From Oligoflexus sp. (GTDB lineage Bacteria; Bdellovibrionota_B; Oligoflexia; Oligoflexales; Oligoflexaceae), in contig JBGSTX010000234.1 in NCBI GenBank assembly GCA_041736305.1, positions 1 through 19,592 of the forward strand: a stretch of DNA of 19,592 nt, in the 5' to 3' direction. Below, one piece after another: positions 16,481-19,592 of the stretch. The first letter of the stretch is position 1. Every line of letters begins with the position of its first letter. Both the position numbers and the translations under genes were made by a program. Under the pieces are notes generated by a model. It saw only the letters and a program-made list of their open reading frames with translations, had not been told where the DNA came from and made no database searches.

Positions 16481-17566
16481 TCAAGCTTTGACGAAGGTCA
16501 AAAGGGAATGGCTAATTCCCAGACCATCATGCACCGATTGGAACAAGAGTCCTGCCTGGCGAGCTCGCTCTATTATCGTGTCGGAGCGGTAGATCTTGCT
16601 CTTGCCATTGGCGATGGTGGTAAAGTATGGCGAAGTCTGGATAAGGCAGAAGGCCGATACGGGATCCTCCTGCCGATCCCAAAAAGTATCGAGAATGAAG
16701 AGACGACCCTCCGGGCTAAGCGCAGCACTGGCTTTACTCAAGATACGGGTGAGAGTTTCTTCATCAAAGCAAACCAGAAACTGACTCATCCAGATCGCAT
16801 CGTGGCCAGCTGGTAAACTGGCCTCAGGCTCGAGGAGATCGCAGCCGTGAAAGCGCACCCGCCCCCTATCGACTTCTTTTTCTAAGAAGGCTCCCGCCAT
16901 CACAATCTGCTGCGGGAGATCGCAGATCGTAACCCGCACCGAAGGGTTATAATCGAGACAGGCCTTAGCGAAACGCCCGGTGTTGCCACCGATGTCGAGT
17001 AGGGAACGAGGGGGATGCGAAAAAATTTTTGCCAGCGCCCCGCCGAAGGCGGAATCGGAATAGAAATGATCGAAGTCGAGCCAAGCTTTCCTTACGGGAG
17101 GCGCTAGATCGTGCAGCCCCTCGTAGACTGTTTTTGCACTACTGATACTAGGCAGGCCAAGCGGTTCACCCTTGCGCAGCGAATCCTCGAGGTGAAAAAG
17201 ACCCTGATAGCAGACGCGGTAGATAAATTCAAAATTGGCGTCGGTCATCGGATCGGTTCTTAAAACATGACCTAATTTACTGAGGTGATAGCGATCGTCG
17301 CGTCTCGCGAGTGCTCCTATGGCCAGTCCCGATTCGAGCAGAACTGAAGCAGCATAAGTGCTGAGGCCGGTCTCGTCAGCGAGCTCTTCTTCGTTCATTC
17401 CCTCGCTCAAAACCTGCCACAGAGCCTCTAGAACACCCATGCGCTTGAGACAGTAGGCACTCATGAAACTAACGGGTGCAAAAGCCAAGTGCTGCGCTTC
17501 CGTCATGGCTCGGTGCAGACTGCTGGTATGCGAGTCTTTCGCTTTGAGAGTTTCCTCTTGCGGCAC
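16481..17566 (-). CDS. SAM-dependent methyltransferase, family 2 with dimerisation domain (ApeB-like)
   Basis: AQHLAFAP, FDHFYSD, LLDIGGNTG, WMSQFL and SPYFTTIANG motifs. GTG start with GAGGT upstream. Confidence 0.9.
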   Translation of the reverse strand: MPQEETLKAKDSHTSSLHRAMTEAQHLAFAPVSFMSAYCLKRMGVLEALWQVLSEGMNEEELADETGLSTYAASVLLESGLAIGALARRDDRYHLSKLGHVLRTDPMTDANFEFIYRVCYQGLFHLEDSLRKGEPLGLPSISSAKTVYEGLHDLAPPVRKAWLDFDHFYSDSAFGGALAKIFSHPPRSLLDIGGNTGRFAKACLDYNPSVRVTICDLPQQIVMAGAFLEKEVDRGRVRFHGCDLLEPEASLPAGHDAIWMSQFLVCFDEETLTRILSKASAALSPEGRLFILDTFWDRQEDPVSAFCLIQTSPYFTTIANGKSKIYRSDTIIERARQAGLLFQSVHDGLGISHSLLTFVKA

Positions 17567-17648
17567 AATGACCTCTAGCTATGAGATAGAGACGCTCCAA
17601 ATTAGGGCATTGGTAGCGCCTGAGCTTGCTGCTCAAGGGATCAAGACA

Positions 17649-17749
17649 ATTATGTTTACGAGATCAGCCCATCTTAACGGATTTTTTCGACGCGGACAAG
17701 AAAATGGTCTTTTCGGCAGGAGCGCTAGCCTAAGCCTCTTGTGTGTCAA
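17649..17749 (-). promoter_or_regulatory. Candidate sigma70 promoter(s) for the - strand cluster operon
   Basis: Three candidates: TTGTCC(17699-17694)-17-TAAGAT(17676-17671); overlapping TTAAGA(17677-17672)-17-CATAAT(17654-17649); and TTGACA(17749-17744)-16-TAGCGC(T). Confidence 0.45.
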
Positions 17750-17761
17750 ATTGTTTGGCCA

Positions 17762-18604
17762 TTATCTTGAGGAAGATGCTGTAAAAAAACGGAGGAGCTC
17801 GGCGCGATAGGGACTGCCTGCGCTGAGTGCCCCCGTATGACCTTTTGCTCCGATAGCCACCCAGGTCTTTGGTTCCCCCGCCGCTGTGAAGAGCTCGCGC
17901 CCCGCTTGGTAGGGGACCACCGGATCTTGTGGGCTGTGGAAAAAGAGCAGTGGGGTCCCACTTAGATTTTTTATCAGATCGTTTGGTGAAGCTTCAGCAT
18001 CTGAAACTAAGAAGGAGAGAGGGTACTGCAGCGGCCAGGTGAGCCAGAAACCACTGAGTTTCGTGCGTGCAAGGCCGCGGTAGGAGCCAAAGCTGCTATC
18101 GATGACGAGGCCCCTCAGCCTAGGATAAGGACAGCGAGCGAGACTGCTCACGGCAACAGCACCGCCCAGACTCTGACCGATGACGAAAGTCGGTAGATCA
18201 GCAAAGGCGCTCTGGGTTTGCAGCCAGGTGAAAAGGTGACAAGTGTCGGTAACCAAGCCTTCTTGGCTTGGATTGGCTGGCGTAGATAGCCCGTAGCCTC
18301 GATAGTCGAAAGTCAGAACGTCATACCCTTCACCTATCAACCAGGCCACAAAGAGAAAATGAGAACTCATGTTCTCAGCATTGCCATGCAGTTGGACAAC
18401 GAGCTGCCCCCGTCGTTTTTGTGGGGCCGGCTTGAGCCACCAAGCGCTGAGTTCGATGGGATCTTCGCTAGGAATAGTCAAGGCTTCGTAGTCGATTCCA
18501 ACCTGCTTGGGGTCGGTGTACATTTCCCGGGACGGATAGTAGAAGAGATGATTGCAGGCGCTCATGAAGAAAGCTACTCCGAGAATCAAGAAGAAGTCGC
18601 GCAT
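17762..18604 (-). CDS. Alpha/beta hydrolase lipoprotein (YfhR/ABHD-like)
   Basis: Lipobox FMSAC, plus LHGNAENMS, FDYRGYG, nucleophile GQSLGG, HSPQDPVVP and GH motifs. Confidence 0.92.
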   Translation of the reverse strand: MRDFFLILGVAFFMSACNHLFYYPSREMYTDPKQVGIDYEALTIPSEDPIELSAWWLKPAPQKRRGQLVVQLHGNAENMSSHFLFVAWLIGEGYDVLTFDYRGYGLSTPANPSQEGLVTDTCHLFTWLQTQSAFADLPTFVIGQSLGGAVAVSSLARCPYPRLRGLVIDSSFGSYRGLARTKLSGFWLTWPLQYPLSFLVSDAEASPNDLIKNLSGTPLLFFHSPQDPVVPYQAGRELFTAAGEPKTWVAIGAKGHTGALSAGSPYRAELLRFFTASSSR

Positions 18605-18627
18605 TTATCCGCCTTCAGACACTGTGG

Positions 18628-18658
18628 AAAAAGCCTGGGTTTTTCGCAGAGACCCAGG
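18628..18658 (-). terminator. Intrinsic-terminator-like hairpin upstream of the hydrolase start
   Basis: The minus strand reads CCTGGGT-ctctgcgaaaa-ACCCAGG-CTTTTT. Confidence 0.45.
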
Positions 18659-18762
18659 TACAAACTGAGCAAAGCCCGGCAACTCTCTCAGTCATAGAGC
18701 CATAAGCAGGCAAGAACAAAGACCAAGACTAAAACAAAGAAAGATACTGTGAAGGAGCCTAC

Positions 18763-19592
18763 TTGCAGCTTGGTTCAAAAGTTCGTCACATCGTTTGGAT
18801 TCAAACTGGCTTTCTGGGCGACATCATTCTGACGACGGCTGCATTTCGCTGGCTTCGCGCTCATTATCCCGAGGTGAAACAGAGCCTGATTACAACTCCA
18901 CTCGGGGCCAAGGCGCTCGCCTCTCATCCCGACCTGGATGATATTCTCGTATTCGACAAGCGTGGCCAAGGGTTTTTCGCAGCGGCGAAAGCTCTGCACT
19001 CCGCGCTTGCTGGTATCGATAGGGCTGCGACTGTCATCGCCCAGATTCATCGCAGCGCTCGTTCAAGTTTGCTGGCACGTTGGCTGGGACTCCCGGTAGT
19101 GACCTACGAAGAGACTAAGCTCGCCTGGCTGGCGCGCTGGCGGGTTCCTCGCATAGCCGTTCTCCATGAAACCCAGCGCATACTTCTGCTGCTCGAAGCG
19201 CTTGGAGTCTCCCGTGCAGATTTCAAGGGAGCTCTCCCATCTTTGCCCGTGGCTAGCGAAAGCCCCTTGGGTGCTTCTATCAAAACTTGGGGAGGCGATT
19301 CCCGCATCGTCGGTATAGCTCCAGGCAGCGTGTGGGGAACCAAGCGCTGGCCTGCTGAGAATTTCCGTGAGCTAGCGCGCAAACTCCTGGCTGAGACATC
19401 CACGAAGATAGTTCTGATCGGCAGTCCCAATGAAAAGGCTGCAGCTGATGAGGTCGAATTGGCCGATGTAAGGGTATCAGGAAGGCTAAAGAATTTAGTC
19501 GGCCAAACCAGCCTGGATGAGCTTAGAAGTCTCTTTCCGCAGCTCGATCTGCTGGTCAGCAATGATAGTTCTCCCCTCCATTATGCCTCTTC
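18763..19592 (+). CDS. waaF: Glycosyltransferase family 9, LPS heptosyltransferase (WaaF/RfaF-like), truncated by the window end
   Basis: Absent from the ORF track because there is no stop in the window. My translation from TTG 18763 (AAGGAG RBS at 18752-18757) gives IVWIQTGFLGDIILTT...HRSARS...GIAPGSVWGTKRWP...GQTSL...VSNDSSPLHYAS. The exact paralog (waaF/waaC/waaQ) is uncertain. Confidence 0.9.
   Translation, partial: MQLGSKVRHIVWIQTGFLGDIILTTAAFRWLRAHYPEVKQSLITTPLGAKALASHPDLDDILVFDKRGQGFFAAAKALHSALAGIDRAATVIAQIHRSARSSLLARWLGLPVVTYEETKLAWLARWRVPRIAVLHETQRILLLLEALGVSRADFKGALPSLPVASESPLGASIKTWGGDSRIVGIAPGSVWGTKRWPAENFRELARKLLAETSTKIVLIGSPNEKAAADEVELADVRVSGRLKNLVGQTSLDELRSLFPQLDLLVSNDSSPLHYAS

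Larger units (their letters stand above)
1729..17566. other. Aryl polyene (APE)-type biosynthetic gene cluster, 18 genes in two convergent operons
   Basis: Co-occurrence of 2 KS, CLF, 2 ACP, 2 DH, KR, AMP-ligase, methyltransferase, 2 acyltransferase domains, GT2, thioesterase, LolA-like, MMPL and lipoprotein genes, with extensive start/stop overlaps. Confidence 0.88.

Noticed and set aside
18626-18680. Superficial resemblance to a c-di-GMP-I riboswitch (GG-AAA..CC-stem-GG..CAAA)
   Set aside because: It lacks the GNRA tetraloop and a recognisable receptor stem and P1. An Rfam search would be needed to support it.
18688-18774. Hydrophobic minus-strand peptide (…FTVSFFVLVLVFVLACLWLYD*) as a possible type I toxin or leader peptide
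   Set aside because: There is no ATG/GTG start or RBS after the in-frame TGA at 18775-18777. The hydrophobicity follows from the T-rich complement of the A-rich tract.
1177-19562. Numerous short overlapping or antisense ORFs in the track (e.g. 2520-2933, 5197-5628, 10347-10751, 16469-16816, 18775-19050, 19104-19562)
   Set aside because: They lie within well-supported genes and show no recognisable motifs. The last two are antisense shadows of the GT9 gene.
1-19592. CRISPR array, tRNA/rRNA, IS element or prophage
   Set aside because: All intergenic gaps are under about 250 nt, with no repeat-spacer periodicity, cloverleaf or mobile-element protein motifs.

Overview
Gene-dense bacterial chromosomal window, roughly mid-GC by eye. 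No mobile element, RNA gene or CRISPR array is visible. The left flank holds HU, a secreted SurA-N-like hypothetical protein and RimI. The core (1729-17566) is an apparently complete aryl-polyene(-lipid)-type type II PKS/FAS cluster. It has plausible counterparts of ApeB-ApeR plus an MIO-dependent aromatic amino acid ammonia-lyase. It is split into two convergent operons in a non-canonical order. The + operon runs GT2/acyltransferase, ammonia-lyase, thioesterase, LolA-like, MMPL, lipoprotein, AMP-ligase. The - operon runs methyltransferase, ACP, KS, CLF, DH, KR, KS, ACP, membrane protein, acyltransferase, DH. Several cluster proteins have visible substitutions or deletions at normally conserved motifs, which hints at a divergent product or mechanism. 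The right flank holds a lipoprotein alpha/beta hydrolase, a structured divergent intergenic region, and a 3'-truncated GT9 heptosyltransferase that is missing from the ORF track. Ape names are assigned from motif recognition only, not from database searches.
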